DNA of 22,453 nt from Thermoproteota archaeon (GCA_013153145.1 JAADEY010000023.1:1-22453); one strand, 5' to 3'. Shown: positions 7,039 to 14,613, counted from the stretch's first letter. Program-made: numbers and translations. The notes: generated by a model not told the origin, from the sequence alone.

Positions 7039-7554
7039 GTGGTGGGGAGGCTCACAGCCCTCCTGGCGGCATTGAGGACTGGGAGGCTCACCCTCCCATA
7101 CCCGTACCAGCCCGCGCCCGCTCCCAGGAGTTATCGTGGGCCCCCAGTATTCCTCGACGACTGTATAGGGTGTGGGGCCTGCACCTACGCCTGCCCGGCG
7201 GGGGCCCTTAGTCTAAGGTACCTAGCCGGGGACGACGTGGTAGTCCTGGAGCATAGTGTTGCTAGGTGCATCTTCTGCATGCTGTGCGCCGATGTATGCC
7301 CGATGGAGGCCGTCCGGAGGACGAGCGTCTACGAGCTGGCCACAGACAACCCGGCCGAGCTCGTGCAGAGGCTCGAGCATAGGCCGGCACACTGCGCCGA
7401 CTGCGGCGCGGCCTACTCGACGCTGAGGGCCGTGTCGGAGGCCGCTGGCAGGGTTGGCGGGATCCAGAGGTACATGCTCCGCTGCCCCGGCTGCAGGGCG
7501 GTGGAGGTCGCCTCGGTCATAGCGTCTTCTAGGAGGGGTGGTGGCCTTGCCTAG
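7039..7554 (+). CDS. HycF/CooX/NuoI-type 2x[4Fe-4S] hydrogenase subunit
   Basis: 'CIGCGACTYACP' and 'CIFCMLCADVCP' are both present. The N-terminus 'LTLPYPYQP...YRGPP' and the C-terminal 'CADC...CPGC' parallel E. coli HycF as I recall it. Confidence 0.85.
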   Translation: MVGRLTALLAALRTGRLTLPYPYQPAPAPRSYRGPPVFLDDCIGCGACTYACPAGALSLRYLAGDDVVVLEHSVARCIFCMLCADVCPMEAVRRTSVYELATDNPAELVQRLEHRPAHCADCGAAYSTLRAVSEAAGRVGGIQRYMLRCPGCRAVEVASVIASSRRGGGLA

Positions 7555-8020
7555 GAGGAGCCTCTGGGTGTACCATGTCAATACCGGGGGGTGTAATGGC
7601 TGCGATATAGAGCTCCTTGCAGCCCTCAGCCCACTCTACGACCCCGAGCGCTTCGGCGTTAGGCTGGTCGAGTCGCCGAGGCACGCGGACGCCTTCGTCT
7701 TGTCCGGGCCGGTGACGCTGCAGAGCCTGCCGAGCGTGGTTGAGGCGTTCCGGGTCGGGAGGCCGGAGGCCGTGATAGCCCTCGGCTCCTGCGCCTGCGG
7801 CGGAGGGATATGGCATGACAGTGCAGCGGTGCTCGGCGGCATAGACCCCCTCCTAGACCTGCTCGAGGAGGAGGGGATTCCGAGGCCGAGGGTTATCCGT
7901 GTACCGGGGTGTCCTCCCAGGCCCCACTCGATACTCTATGGCGTTGCAGTCCTCCTGGGATACGCGGAGCCTAAGGCGGCCAAGCTGTTGGCGGAGGCGC
8001 GGAGAGCGGCTAGGATTTAA
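7538..8020 (+). CDS. Group-4 [NiFe]-hydrogenase small subunit (NuoB/HycG/CooL family)
   Basis: Proximal-cluster Cys contexts 'NTGGCNGCDIE', 'GSCACGGG' and 'PGCPPRP' are present. 160 aa. It overlaps the preceding gene by 17 nt. Confidence 0.9.
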   Translation: MVALPRRSLWVYHVNTGGCNGCDIELLAALSPLYDPERFGVRLVESPRHADAFVLSGPVTLQSLPSVVEAFRVGRPEAVIALGSCACGGGIWHDSAAVLGGIDPLLDLLEEEGIPRPRVIRVPGCPPRPHSILYGVAVLLGYAEPKAAKLLAEARRAARI

Positions 8021-8022
8021 AA
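8016..8022 (+). promoter_or_regulatory. TATA box (TTTAAAA) for the ribosomal-protein operon, overlapping the hydrogenase small-subunit stop codon
   Basis: 'AGGATTTAAAAGG' is a near-consensus archaeal TATA. The TAA stop of the previous gene is 8018-8020. It lies ~70-105 nt upstream of the candidate rps13 starts. Confidence 0.45.
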
Positions 8023-8125
8023 GGCTCCCTCCCACTGCACCCTTGGGATGCATTACGGGTGTGTGGTTGAGGCTGGAGGGTGATGGGGGCTGCCGCGTGA
8101 GCCGGAGGTAGAGTATAAGTATATC

Positions 8126-8548
8126 GTGCGTATAGCCGCGACGGACATACCGGGCAACCTGAAGGTACCCTACGGGCTAGCCATGATTAAGGGGGTTGGC
8201 TACAACCTCGCCCTCGCCCTGTGCAGGCTTCTGGGCATCGACCCGGACAAGAGGATAGGCTTCCTCACCGACGCGGAGATAGCGAGGCTGGAGGAGGCCA
8301 TTAAGAACCCGAAGGCGGTGGGTATACCGTCGTGGATGCTTAACAGGAGGAAGGACTATGAGACCGGCAAGGACATGCACCTCGTCGGCGCAGACCTCAT
8401 CTACTATGTCAGGAGGGACATTGAGAGGGAGAAGAGGATTAAGAGCTGGAGGGGTATACGCCACGCGCTCGGCCTCAAGGTCAGGGGCCAGAAGACTAGC
8501 CGCACCGGCCGCCTCGGCGTAACCGTTGGAGTGTCGAAGAGGAGGTGA
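8126..8548 (+). CDS. rps13: 30S ribosomal protein S13 (uS13)
   Basis: 'RIAATDIPGNLKVPYGLAMIKGVGYNLALALCRLLGIDP' is typical archaeal S13. GTG 8126 is the first canonical start, but the conserved 'EYKYIV' lies in frame upstream of it (see finding). Confidence 0.93.
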   Translation: MRIAATDIPGNLKVPYGLAMIKGVGYNLALALCRLLGIDPDKRIGFLTDAEIARLEEAIKNPKAVGIPSWMLNRRKDYETGKDMHLVGADLIYYVRRDIEREKRIKSWRGIRHALGLKVRGQKTSRTGRLGVTVGVSKRR

Positions 8549-8551
8549 TGA

Positions 8552-9070
8552 GTGGTGGGTGACCCGAAGAAGCCGCGTAAGAAGTGGCAGAGCCCTAAGC
8601 ATCCGTGGATTAAGGAGAGGCTGCTCCGCGAGATAGAGTTGATGGGCCGCTACGGGCTGAGGAACAAGAAGGAGATATGGAAGGCTGAGACGATGGCCAG
8701 GAAGGTGAGGCATCGTGCCAGGGCTCTGCTCGCACTCCCGCCGGCTATAAGGGAGGCTGAGGAGAAGAGCCTCCTGCATAGGCTCATCCAGCTCGGAGTG
8801 CTCCCGGAGAACGCGACGCTGGACGATGTACTCGGCCTCACAGCCGAGCACTTCCTGGAGAGGAGGCTGCAGACGATAGTGTACAAGAAGGGGCTTGCTA
8901 GGACGCCGTATGAGGCGAGGCAGCTGATAGTCCACGGCCATATAGCGATAGGTGGTAGGAGGGTTCGCTCCCCGGGCTACCTCGTCAAGAAGGATGAGGA
9001 GGATCTCGTGGACTACGCGCCTACAAGCCCCTACTTCAAGAAGAGGCTTGAGGCCGCGCAGCAGGCCTAG
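8552..9070 (+). CDS. rps4: 30S ribosomal protein S4 (uS4)
   Basis: The '(M)[18 protein letters not shown]' N-terminus and an S4 RNA-binding domain ('[15 protein letters not shown]') are present. The start is GTG 8552 or GTG 8555. Confidence 0.95.
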   Translation: MVGDPKKPRKKWQSPKHPWIKERLLREIELMGRYGLRNKKEIWKAETMARKVRHRARALLALPPAIREAEEKSLLHRLIQLGVLPENATLDDVLGLTAEHFLERRLQTIVYKKGLARTPYEARQLIVHGHIAIGGRRVRSPGYLVKKDEEDLVDYAPTSPYFKKRLEAAQQA

Positions 9071-9082
9071 GTGGTGGGGTGA

Positions 9083-9487
9083 GTGGCCGTGTTCTCCGCG
9101 AGGGAGATTAAGTGGGGTGTGGCCCACATATACTCGAGCTACAACAACACGATAATACACATAACAGACCTCACTGGGGCTGAGACGTTCGCCAGGATAA
9201 GCGGCGGCATGGTTGTCAAGGCCGACCGTGAGAAGCCCTCACCATACGCGGCCATGATGGCTGCCGCGAGGGCCGCCCAGCAGGCGATGGAGAAGGGTAT
9301 AATGGCTATACACATCAAGGTTAGGGCTCCCGGCGGCCATGGCCCTAAGACTCCTGGGCCCGGCGCGCAGGCCGCGATAAGGGCGCTTGCGAGGAGCGGC
9401 TTCATCATAGGGAGGATAGAGGACGTCACCCCGCTGCCGCATGACACTACGAGGAGGCCTGGCGGGCGTAGGGGTAGGAGGCTCTAG
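9083..9487 (+). CDS. rps11: 30S ribosomal protein S11 (uS11)
   Basis: '[26 protein letters not shown]' and '[20 protein letters not shown]' identify it. Confidence 0.95.
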   Translation: MAVFSAREIKWGVAHIYSSYNNTIIHITDLTGAETFARISGGMVVKADREKPSPYAAMMAAARAAQQAMEKGIMAIHIKVRAPGGHGPKTPGPGAQAAIRALARSGFIIGRIEDVTPLPHDTTRRPGGRRGRRL

Positions 9488-9529
9488 CCTCCCCGTCCCG
9501 CCTCCCTGTATTGTTGGAGGGGTAGTGTT

Positions 9530-10387
9530 TTGGCTAGGGCTGTGAGGCTCCTGGAGGAGGAGAAGTATAGGCTCCGCATGCTCGTGGAGGGGTATCCCCT
9601 CCCCCTAGTTAATGCTGTGCGTAGGGCATGCTTCACCGACGTCCCGGTGATGGCTATTGACGTTGTCGAGTTCTTTGAGAACAATACGGTGCTCTACGAC
9701 GAGATAATAGCGCACCGGCTCGGCCTAATACCATTGACGTCCGAGGAGGCGCTGGAGAAGTACCCGCCCCCGGAGGAATGTAGGGACGCGCCGGTCGGGG
9801 ATCCACGCTGCTACGCCGTGCTCAGCCTCGAGGTGCATACGTCGAAGACGGAGCCGCAGAGGATAGTCTACAGCGGCGACCTCCAGCCGCAGGACCCTGA
9901 CGTGAAGCCCGTCTACCCCAACATACCGATAGTCGTTATGGCTCCCCAGCAGAGCCTACGCCTGCAGGCCTACGCCAGGCTTGGCTATGGGAAGGAGCAC
10001 GCCAAGTGGATCCCGGTGACCGTCGCCGCCCACAAGTATCTCCCGGTTCTCTCCTTCGACCTCGAGAAGCCGGGGGCCAGGGAGTGCATCGAGTGCATCG
10101 AGCAGGCCTACCCCTGGCTCGCTGAGAAGATGAGGAAGATGGGTAGGGGGAGTATAGAGGTTCTCGAGGACGTGAACACCTCGGCGCTGTACTGGTGCGT
10201 GCATCGCCGCTGCGGGGAGGCCGCCAAGCTGGACTACCTGCAGGACAGGTTGATACTGACTATAGAGACTACGGGCTCCCTCACAGCGCGCCGGGTACTC
10301 TTGAAGGCGGTGGAGGCGGTCGAGGCTAAGGCTAAGAGGCTACTGGAGGAGGTTGAAGCACTTAAAACCCGGAACGAGCAGGGCTAG
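9530..10387 (+). CDS. rpoD: DNA-directed RNA polymerase subunit D (Rpo3)
   Basis: 'PLPLVNAVRRACFTDVPVMAID' and 'YDEIIAHRLGLIPL' identify it, and it occupies the position after S11. It has four Cys ('CIEC', 'CVHRRC') where some archaeal D subunits bind an Fe-S cluster. TTG start. Confidence 0.9.
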   Translation: MARAVRLLEEEKYRLRMLVEGYPLPLVNAVRRACFTDVPVMAIDVVEFFENNTVLYDEIIAHRLGLIPLTSEEALEKYPPPEECRDAPVGDPRCYAVLSLEVHTSKTEPQRIVYSGDLQPQDPDVKPVYPNIPIVVMAPQQSLRLQAYARLGYGKEHAKWIPVTVAAHKYLPVLSFDLEKPGARECIECIEQAYPWLAEKMRKMGRGSIEVLEDVNTSALYWCVHRRCGEAAKLDYLQDRLILTIETTGSLTARRVLLKAVEAVEAKAKRLLEEVEALKTRNEQG

Positions 10388-10407
10388 GGCAAGGGGTGCG
10401 CGCCTGA

Positions 10408-10779
10408 ATGCAGGCAGTCAAGAGGACTGGGCCTACCAACATAGTGCTCCGGAAGACGTTGAGGAGGCTGAGGAGCCAGGCTAGGAGGGAGAAGGCCCCT
10501 ATATGGCGTTACGTCTACGAGCTCTTGTCGAGGCCGAGGAGGCTGAGGATAGTCGTTAACCTCTCGAAGATAAACCGCTACACGGGGCCCGGGGACGTGG
10601 TCGTTGTGCCGGGTAAGGTGCTGGGTGCTGGTAGGCTAGACCACCCCGTCACGGTGGCTGCAGCTGCATTCTCCTACACGGCTGTAAGGAAGATAAGGGA
10701 GGCTGGGGGGAGGGTTCTACACATAACGCAGTTGATGGAGGAGAACCCGAAGGGCTCTAGGGTGAAGATAATCATCTAG
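10408..10779 (+). CDS. rpl18e: 50S ribosomal protein L18e
   Basis: 123 aa with 'RTGPTNIVLRKTLRRL...APIWRYVYELLSRPRR'. The position is syntenic. Confidence 0.9.
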   Translation: MQAVKRTGPTNIVLRKTLRRLRSQARREKAPIWRYVYELLSRPRRLRIVVNLSKINRYTGPGDVVVVPGKVLGAGRLDHPVTVAAAAFSYTAVRKIREAGGRVLHITQLMEENPKGSRVKIII

Positions 10780-10782
10780 CCC

Positions 10783-11277
10783 GTGGTGGGATCAATGGTC
10801 GTGGAGGTTGAGCCCCCGAAGCCCCCGGCAAGGGTTCTCGTGGTTGATGCCGAGGGCCAGGTGCTGGGGAGGATGGCTAGCATCGTGGCGAAGAAGCTGC
10901 TTGAGGGCTACAGGGTCGTGATAGTGAATGCCGAGAAGGCCGTGGTGAGCGGAGACCCCCTAATGGTTATTGAGAGCTACCAGAAGCTGCTCGGAGTCAA
11001 GGTGCACGTCAACCCCTACAAGTGGGGGCCTAGGAGGCCTAGGGACCCGAGGTGGATTGTTAGGGACGCGGTGGAGGGCATGCTTCCGAGGTGGAAGGAG
11101 CAGGGGAGGAAGGCTGCGAAGAGGCTCAGGGTCTACATAGGCGTGCCGCCGGAGTACGAGAAGGCTGAGAAGGTGAAGTTCCCGGAGGCAGACTATAGGA
11201 GGCTGGGCCACAAGTTTATACTCGTAGGCGAGATTGCACGCGCGATGGGATGGAAGGGGGTGGCTGAGAGGCCATGA
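10783..11277 (+). CDS. rpl13: 50S ribosomal protein L13 (uL13)
   Basis: 'VVDAEGQVLGRMASIVAKKLLEGYRVVIVNAEKAVVSG' identifies it. The start is GTG 10783 or ATG 10795. Confidence 0.92.
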   Translation: MVGSMVVEVEPPKPPARVLVVDAEGQVLGRMASIVAKKLLEGYRVVIVNAEKAVVSGDPLMVIESYQKLLGVKVHVNPYKWGPRRPRDPRWIVRDAVEGMLPRWKEQGRKAAKRLRVYIGVPPEYEKAEKVKFPEADYRRLGHKFILVGEIARAMGWKGVAERP

Positions 11278-11786
11278 GCACGGCTGAGGCTGCGGGTAGT
11301 AGGGGGCAGCAGGAGGCCGGGCAGGCCGGCGGAGTAAGGGTCTTGATGGCTAAGGCTGTTGAGGTTCCGACGCAGAAGGGGAAGGTAAGGATAGTGATAG
11401 CGACGGGTAAGAGGAAGACCGCCATAGCGAGGGCTGTGATAAAGCCTGGTAAGGGCAGGGTCTGGGTCAACGGTGTGCCGGTGGAGCTCTGGCCGGTTGA
11501 GATGGCTAGGCTGAAGATGATGGAGCCCCTGATGCTTGCTGGCAGGGAGATCTGGGGGAGCGTCGATATAAGGGTGAATGTGAGGGGAGGAGGCTACATG
11601 GCGCAGGCGGACGCCGTGAGGATGGCTATAGCGAGGGGCCTCGTGGCCTATACTGGCAGCCAGCAGCTCAAGGACATATACGAGCAGTTCGACCGCTCAA
11701 TGATAGCTGGCGACCCGAGGCAGACCGAGCCCGAGAAGCCGATGAGGAGGGGTGCTAGGAGGAGGTGGCAGAAGAGCTACAGGTGA
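11274..11786 (+). CDS. rps9: 30S ribosomal protein S9 (uS9)
   Basis: '[23 protein letters not shown]' and the C-terminal 'RRRWQKSYR' identify it. ATG 11274 forms an ATGA overlap with the rpl13 stop. ATG 11346 is an alternative, shorter start. Confidence 0.9.
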   Translation: MSTAEAAGSRGQQEAGQAGGVRVLMAKAVEVPTQKGKVRIVIATGKRKTAIARAVIKPGKGRVWVNGVPVELWPVEMARLKMMEPLMLAGREIWGSVDIRVNVRGGGYMAQADAVRMAIARGLVAYTGSQQLKDIYEQFDRSMIAGDPRQTEPEKPMRRGARRRWQKSYR

Positions 11787-11793
11787 GGCGGCC

Positions 11794-11994
11794 GTGATAA
11801 TCCCCGTTAGGTGCTATACGTGTGGGGCTCCTATAGCGAGGTACTGGGAGGAGTTCGCGAGGAGGGTTAAGGCGGGGGAGGAGCCGGGCAAGGTGCTTGA
11901 CGAGCTCGGCGTTAGGAGGCCCTGCTGCCGCCGCATACTCCTCGCACACGTCCCACTCATATACGAGGTGACCAGGTTCAAGAGGGTCTTGTAG
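11794..11994 (+). CDS. rpoN: DNA-directed RNA polymerase subunit N (Rpo10)
   Basis: '(M)[14 protein letters not shown]...[13 protein letters not shown]' is the Zn-binding RpoN signature. GTG 11794 gives the canonical 66-aa protein. The track start at 11752 would overlap rps9. Confidence 0.9.
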   Translation: MIIPVRCYTCGAPIARYWEEFARRVKAGEEPGKVLDELGVRRPCCRRILLAHVPLIYEVTRFKRVL

Positions 11995-12004
11995 AGGAGG
12001 TGTC

Positions 12005-12637
12005 GTGGCCTTGCCGGAGCAGGGTGGCGGTGTGGTAGAGCTGCTCGTCCCCCTGGAGACCTACCTGTCGGCTGGAGTCCACATAGGGACTCATATCTGT
12101 ACCAAGTACATGGAGCAGTTCGTGTACAGGGTTAGGCCGGACGGGCTCTACGTGCTAGATATAAGGAGGGTTGATGAGAGGATAAGGGTTGCAGCGAAGT
12201 TCCTTGCGAGGTTCCCGCCGGAGAAGATAGTGGCTGTCTCGGTTAGGCAGTATGGCTGGAAGCCCGTGCAGAAGTTCTGCAGCTATGTTGGCTGCAAGAT
12301 GCTGACGGGGAGGATACTCCCAGGCACCTTCACCAACCCGGCCCTGGAGTGGTACCTGGAGCCCGAGGTCATACTGGTCACCGACCCGAGGTCGGACAGC
12401 CAGGCTATAGACGAGGCGGGTAGGATGGGGATACCCGTGGTCGCGCTAGCAGACACGGATAACAAGATAGAGAACCTGGACTTGATCATACCGTGTAATA
12501 ATAAGGGTAGGAGGAGCCTAGCACTGATATACTGGATACTGACCAGGCAGGTGCTCCGCGAGAAGGGGCAGCTCGCCCCAGACCAGGATCTCCCCGAGCC
12601 GCCGGAGGCGTTCGAGTTCAAGCCCAGGAGGAGGTGA
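12005..12637 (+). CDS. rps2: 30S ribosomal protein S2 (uS2)
   Basis: '[10 protein letters not shown]', '[27 protein letters not shown]' and '[18 protein letters not shown]' identify it. Confidence 0.93.
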   Translation: MALPEQGGGVVELLVPLETYLSAGVHIGTHICTKYMEQFVYRVRPDGLYVLDIRRVDERIRVAAKFLARFPPEKIVAVSVRQYGWKPVQKFCSYVGCKMLTGRILPGTFTNPALEWYLEPEVILVTDPRSDSQAIDEAGRMGIPVVALADTDNKIENLDLIIPCNNKGRRSLALIYWILTRQVLREKGQLAPDQDLPEPPEAFEFKPRRR

Positions 12638-12643
12638 CGCGCC

Positions 12644-12883
12644 GTGAGCCAGGAGAAGGAGGAGGTAAACGTCATAGAGGAGTTCGGCTTCCCGGCCGAA
12701 GTGATACAGATCATAGGCAGGACCGGAGTCCACGGAGAGGTCATACAGGTTAGGGTTAGGGTTCTCGAGGGCAGGGATAAGGGCAGGGTGCTGACGAGGA
12801 ACGTGCTGGGCCCGGTGAGGCTCGGCGACATACTGATACTCCGCGAGACCGAGCGTGAGGCACGCAGGCTCGGCAGGAGGTGA
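12644..12883 (+). CDS. rps28e: 30S ribosomal protein S28e
   Basis: '[56 protein letters not shown]' identifies it. Confidence 0.92.
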   Translation: MSQEKEEVNVIEEFGFPAEVIQIIGRTGVHGEVIQVRVRVLEGRDKGRVLTRNVLGPVRLGDILILRETEREARRLGRR

Positions 12884-12889
12884 AGCTGA

Positions 12890-13075
12890 ATGGTCCTCGT
12901 ACGCACCTGCAGCTACTGCGGCCGCGACATAGAGCCGGGCACCGGGCTGATGTACGTGAAGAATGATGGCAGCATACTATGGTTCTGCAGCTCCAAGTGC
13001 TTCAAGCTCTGGAAGATGGGGCGTGACCCCAGGAAGCTCAAGTGGACTAAGAAGTACACGACTCTACGCAAGTAG
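12890..13075 (+). CDS. rpl24e: 50S ribosomal protein L24e
   Basis: '[31 protein letters not shown]' is the zinc-ribbon L24e signature. Confidence 0.92.
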   Translation: MVLVRTCSYCGRDIEPGTGLMYVKNDGSILWFCSSKCFKLWKMGRDPRKLKWTKKYTTLRK

Positions 13076-13098
13076 GCCCGTGCAGGGGTGGTGTCCGG

Positions 13099-13527
13099 GT
13101 GGCTAAGGAGCAGACCTTCATAATGATAAAGCCTGATGGTGTCAGGAGGGGTCTTGTGGGGGAGATTATAGCGAGGTTTGAGAGGAAGGGGTTCAGGATA
13201 AAGGCTTTGAAGATGAAGTGGCTTACGAGGGAGGAGGCTGAGAGGCTCTACGCGGAGCATAAGGGGAAGCCGTTCTTCGAGGACCTGGTGAGGTTTGTTA
13301 CGAGCGGCCCCGTGGTTGCAATGATAATCGAGGGCGACTCAGCGGTGAAGGTTGCGAGGCTCATGATAGGGCCCACGGATGGTAGGGAGGCGCCGCCGGG
13401 GACTATACGTGGCGACTACGCGCTGAGTAAGGGGGAGAACGTAATCCACGCCTCCGACTCGCCGGAGAAGGTGTGGCGGGAGGCCTCCGTCTTCTTCAGC
13501 AAGGAGGAGGTCGTGGGCGACTACTAG
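13099..13527 (+). CDS. ndk: Nucleoside diphosphate kinase
   Basis: '[28 protein letters not shown]' is present, with the active-site context 'NVIHASDS'. Confidence 0.95.
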   Translation: MAKEQTFIMIKPDGVRRGLVGEIIARFERKGFRIKALKMKWLTREEAERLYAEHKGKPFFEDLVRFVTSGPVVAMIIEGDSAVKVARLMIGPTDGREAPPGTIRGDYALSKGENVIHASDSPEKVWREASVFFSKEEVVGDY

Positions 13528-13584
13528 GCTCCAGGCCCTGGTTTTAGCGTGCTCCTAGGCTCTCCTAATCCATGAATGCAGTTA

Positions 13585-13615
13585 TGTATATCTATGTGTA
13601 TACGCGCTGTATACG
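13585..13615 (+). promoter_or_regulatory. Phased TGTATA(CG) repeats; candidate vapBC promoter/operator
   Basis: TGTATA occurs at 13585, 13597 and 13608 (12- and 11-nt spacing). The last two are identical 8-mers TGTATACG, each containing the palindrome GTATAC. The repeats lie 29-59 nt upstream of GTG 13644, and this AT-rich patch is the only TATA-like sequence in the spacer. Confidence 0.45.
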
Positions 13616-13643
13616 TGGGAGGGTCTCCCTCTTGAGTGTTGTT

Positions 13644-13859
13644 GTGAGTGTGCGTGTGCCCCGCCGTGTGAAGGAGATACTGGAGAGGCATGGGGTGAAC
13701 GTCGGGGAGCTTGTGAGGAGGGTGCTTATCGAGGAGGCTGAGAGGCTGGAGGATGAGAGGGTGTGGCGGGAGCTGGAGGAGGCTGCGGGGAGGCTCCGCG
13801 GCGTCTTCGACGAGGAGGAGTGGGCCAGGGTGGTTGATGAGGAGAGGCGTGCCAGGTGA
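13644..13859 (+). CDS. vapB: VapB-type antitoxin (ribbon-helix-helix-like)
   Basis: '(M)SVRVPRRVKEILERHGVNVGELVRRVLIEEAERLE' has a strand-helix-helix pattern, followed by an acidic tail. The stop overlaps the PIN-gene start (GTGA). The track start at 13572 gives an implausible hydrophobic leader. GTG 13644 or TTG 13632 is preferred. Confidence 0.6.
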   Translation: MSVRVPRRVKEILERHGVNVGELVRRVLIEEAERLEDERVWRELEEAAGRLRGVFDEEEWARVVDEERRAR

Positions 13860-14305
13860 GCCGGGTAGTGGACTACGTGGTTGATGCAAGCGTCTTTCTC
13901 CCCCTCCTGCTCCGCTACGGCCGCAGCCTACGCGGCGTGCTTGCCAGGAACCGCTTCCACGTCCTAGACCTGACATGCTATGAGACGTGTAATGGGCTGT
14001 GGAAGGAGAGTGTTAAGCTCCGCATACTCGACACTGGTACAGCTACTAGGCTCTGTAGGTGCTTCATTGAGATAGCGGCGCGGTACACCAGGATACACAG
14101 TATATGCGAGCTCGACGCCGCCCGCGTCATGGAGATCGCTGTTTCATGCGGGATAACCTTCTACGATGCAGCATACATAGAGCTTGCGAGGATGCATGGG
14201 ATCCCCGTGGCGAGTAATGATAGGGATATACTGGTCAACGCTCCGAGGTATGGAGTCGAGGTGTACAGTCTCGCCGAGTTCGAGAAACTATTAGGGCTAG
14301 GCTAG
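13856..14305 (+). CDS. vapC: VapC-type PIN-domain ribonuclease toxin
   Basis: PIN acidic residues appear in the expected contexts: 'VVDASVF' (Asp), '[10 protein letters not shown]' (Glu), '[10 protein letters not shown]' (Asp) and 'ASNDRD' (Asp). It overlaps the antitoxin gene by 4 nt. Confidence 0.8.
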   Translation: MSRVVDYVVDASVFLPLLLRYGRSLRGVLARNRFHVLDLTCYETCNGLWKESVKLRILDTGTATRLCRCFIEIAARYTRIHSICELDAARVMEIAVSCGITFYDAAYIELARMHGIPVASNDRDILVNAPRYGVEVYSLAEFEKLLGLG

Positions 14306-14608
14306 CCATACTAGGTTGTGGAAGCAGCTCCTCCTACCCGTGTGGCATGCCGGGCCGCCCTCCACGACCATGTATAGTAGCGCGTCGTGGTCGCAGTCGG
14401 TGATTATAGCAGCCACGTACAGCATGTTGCCGCTCTCCTCCCCCTTCATCCAGAGCCTCCTCCTACTCCTCGAGTAGAAGTGGGCGAGGCCCGTCTCCAT
14501 GGTCCTCCTCACAGCCTCCCTGTCGGCATAGGCGAGCATGAGCACCGCGCCATCCCATAGGCTCTGCACGACCACCGGCACGAGGCCGCCCTGCTTCTCG
14601 AAGTCTAT
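14297..14608 (-). CDS. hisI: Phosphoribosyl-AMP cyclohydrolase (conserved core; start codon unresolved)
   Basis: '[61 protein letters not shown]...DCDHDALL...GPACHTG' is classic HisI. The end at 14297 is firm. Canonical in-frame starts are only ATG 14767 (154-nt overlap with hisH) or GTG 14581 (which cuts the first strand). 14608 marks the ATA codon where homology begins. Confidence 0.85.
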   Translation of the reverse strand: MDFEKQGGLVPVVVQSLWDGAVLMLAYADREAVRRTMETGLAHFYSRSRRRLWMKGEESGNMLYVAAIITDCDHDALLYMVVEGGPACHTGRRSCFHNLVWLA

Positions 14609-14613
14609 GCATG

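Noticed and set aside
7393-7494. Extra C-terminal CxxC...CxxC ('HCADCG...RCPGCR') in the 2x[4Fe-4S] hydrogenase subunit, considered as a novel third metal site
   Set aside because: As I recall, E. coli HycF has an equivalent pair ('CNCRVC...CPEC') at the same position. It is therefore a family trait supporting the HycF-like call, not a novelty.
8545-8551. C-box-like GTGATGA at the rps13/rps4 junction (and ATGATGG at 1758-1764), considered as C/D box sRNA signals
   Set aside because: No properly spaced D box (CTGA) or C'/D' pair lies within 50-70 nt. The first is explained by the stop/SD/start overlap 'GGAGGTGATGAGTGGTG'.
8177-9160. 327-aa minus-strand ORF spanning rps13, rps4 and rps11
   Set aside because: It is antisense to three unmistakable ribosomal protein genes. 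Its product is low-complexity and Pro/Arg/Leu-rich with no motif. Long stop-free antisense frames are expected in GC-rich genes with this codon bias.
11752-11793. N-terminal extension of rpoN ('[15 protein letters not shown]') in the track ORF
   Set aside because: It overlaps the rps9 3' end and is Gly/Arg-rich out-of-frame sequence. GTG 11794 gives the canonical '[10 protein letters not shown]' N-terminus.
12638-12660. Absence of rpl7ae upstream of rps28e-rpl24e-ndk and the direct joining of this trio to rps2
   Set aside because: This is gene-order variation between conserved archaeal clusters. Nothing in the sequence (no remnants, repeats or pseudogene) suggests a recent event.
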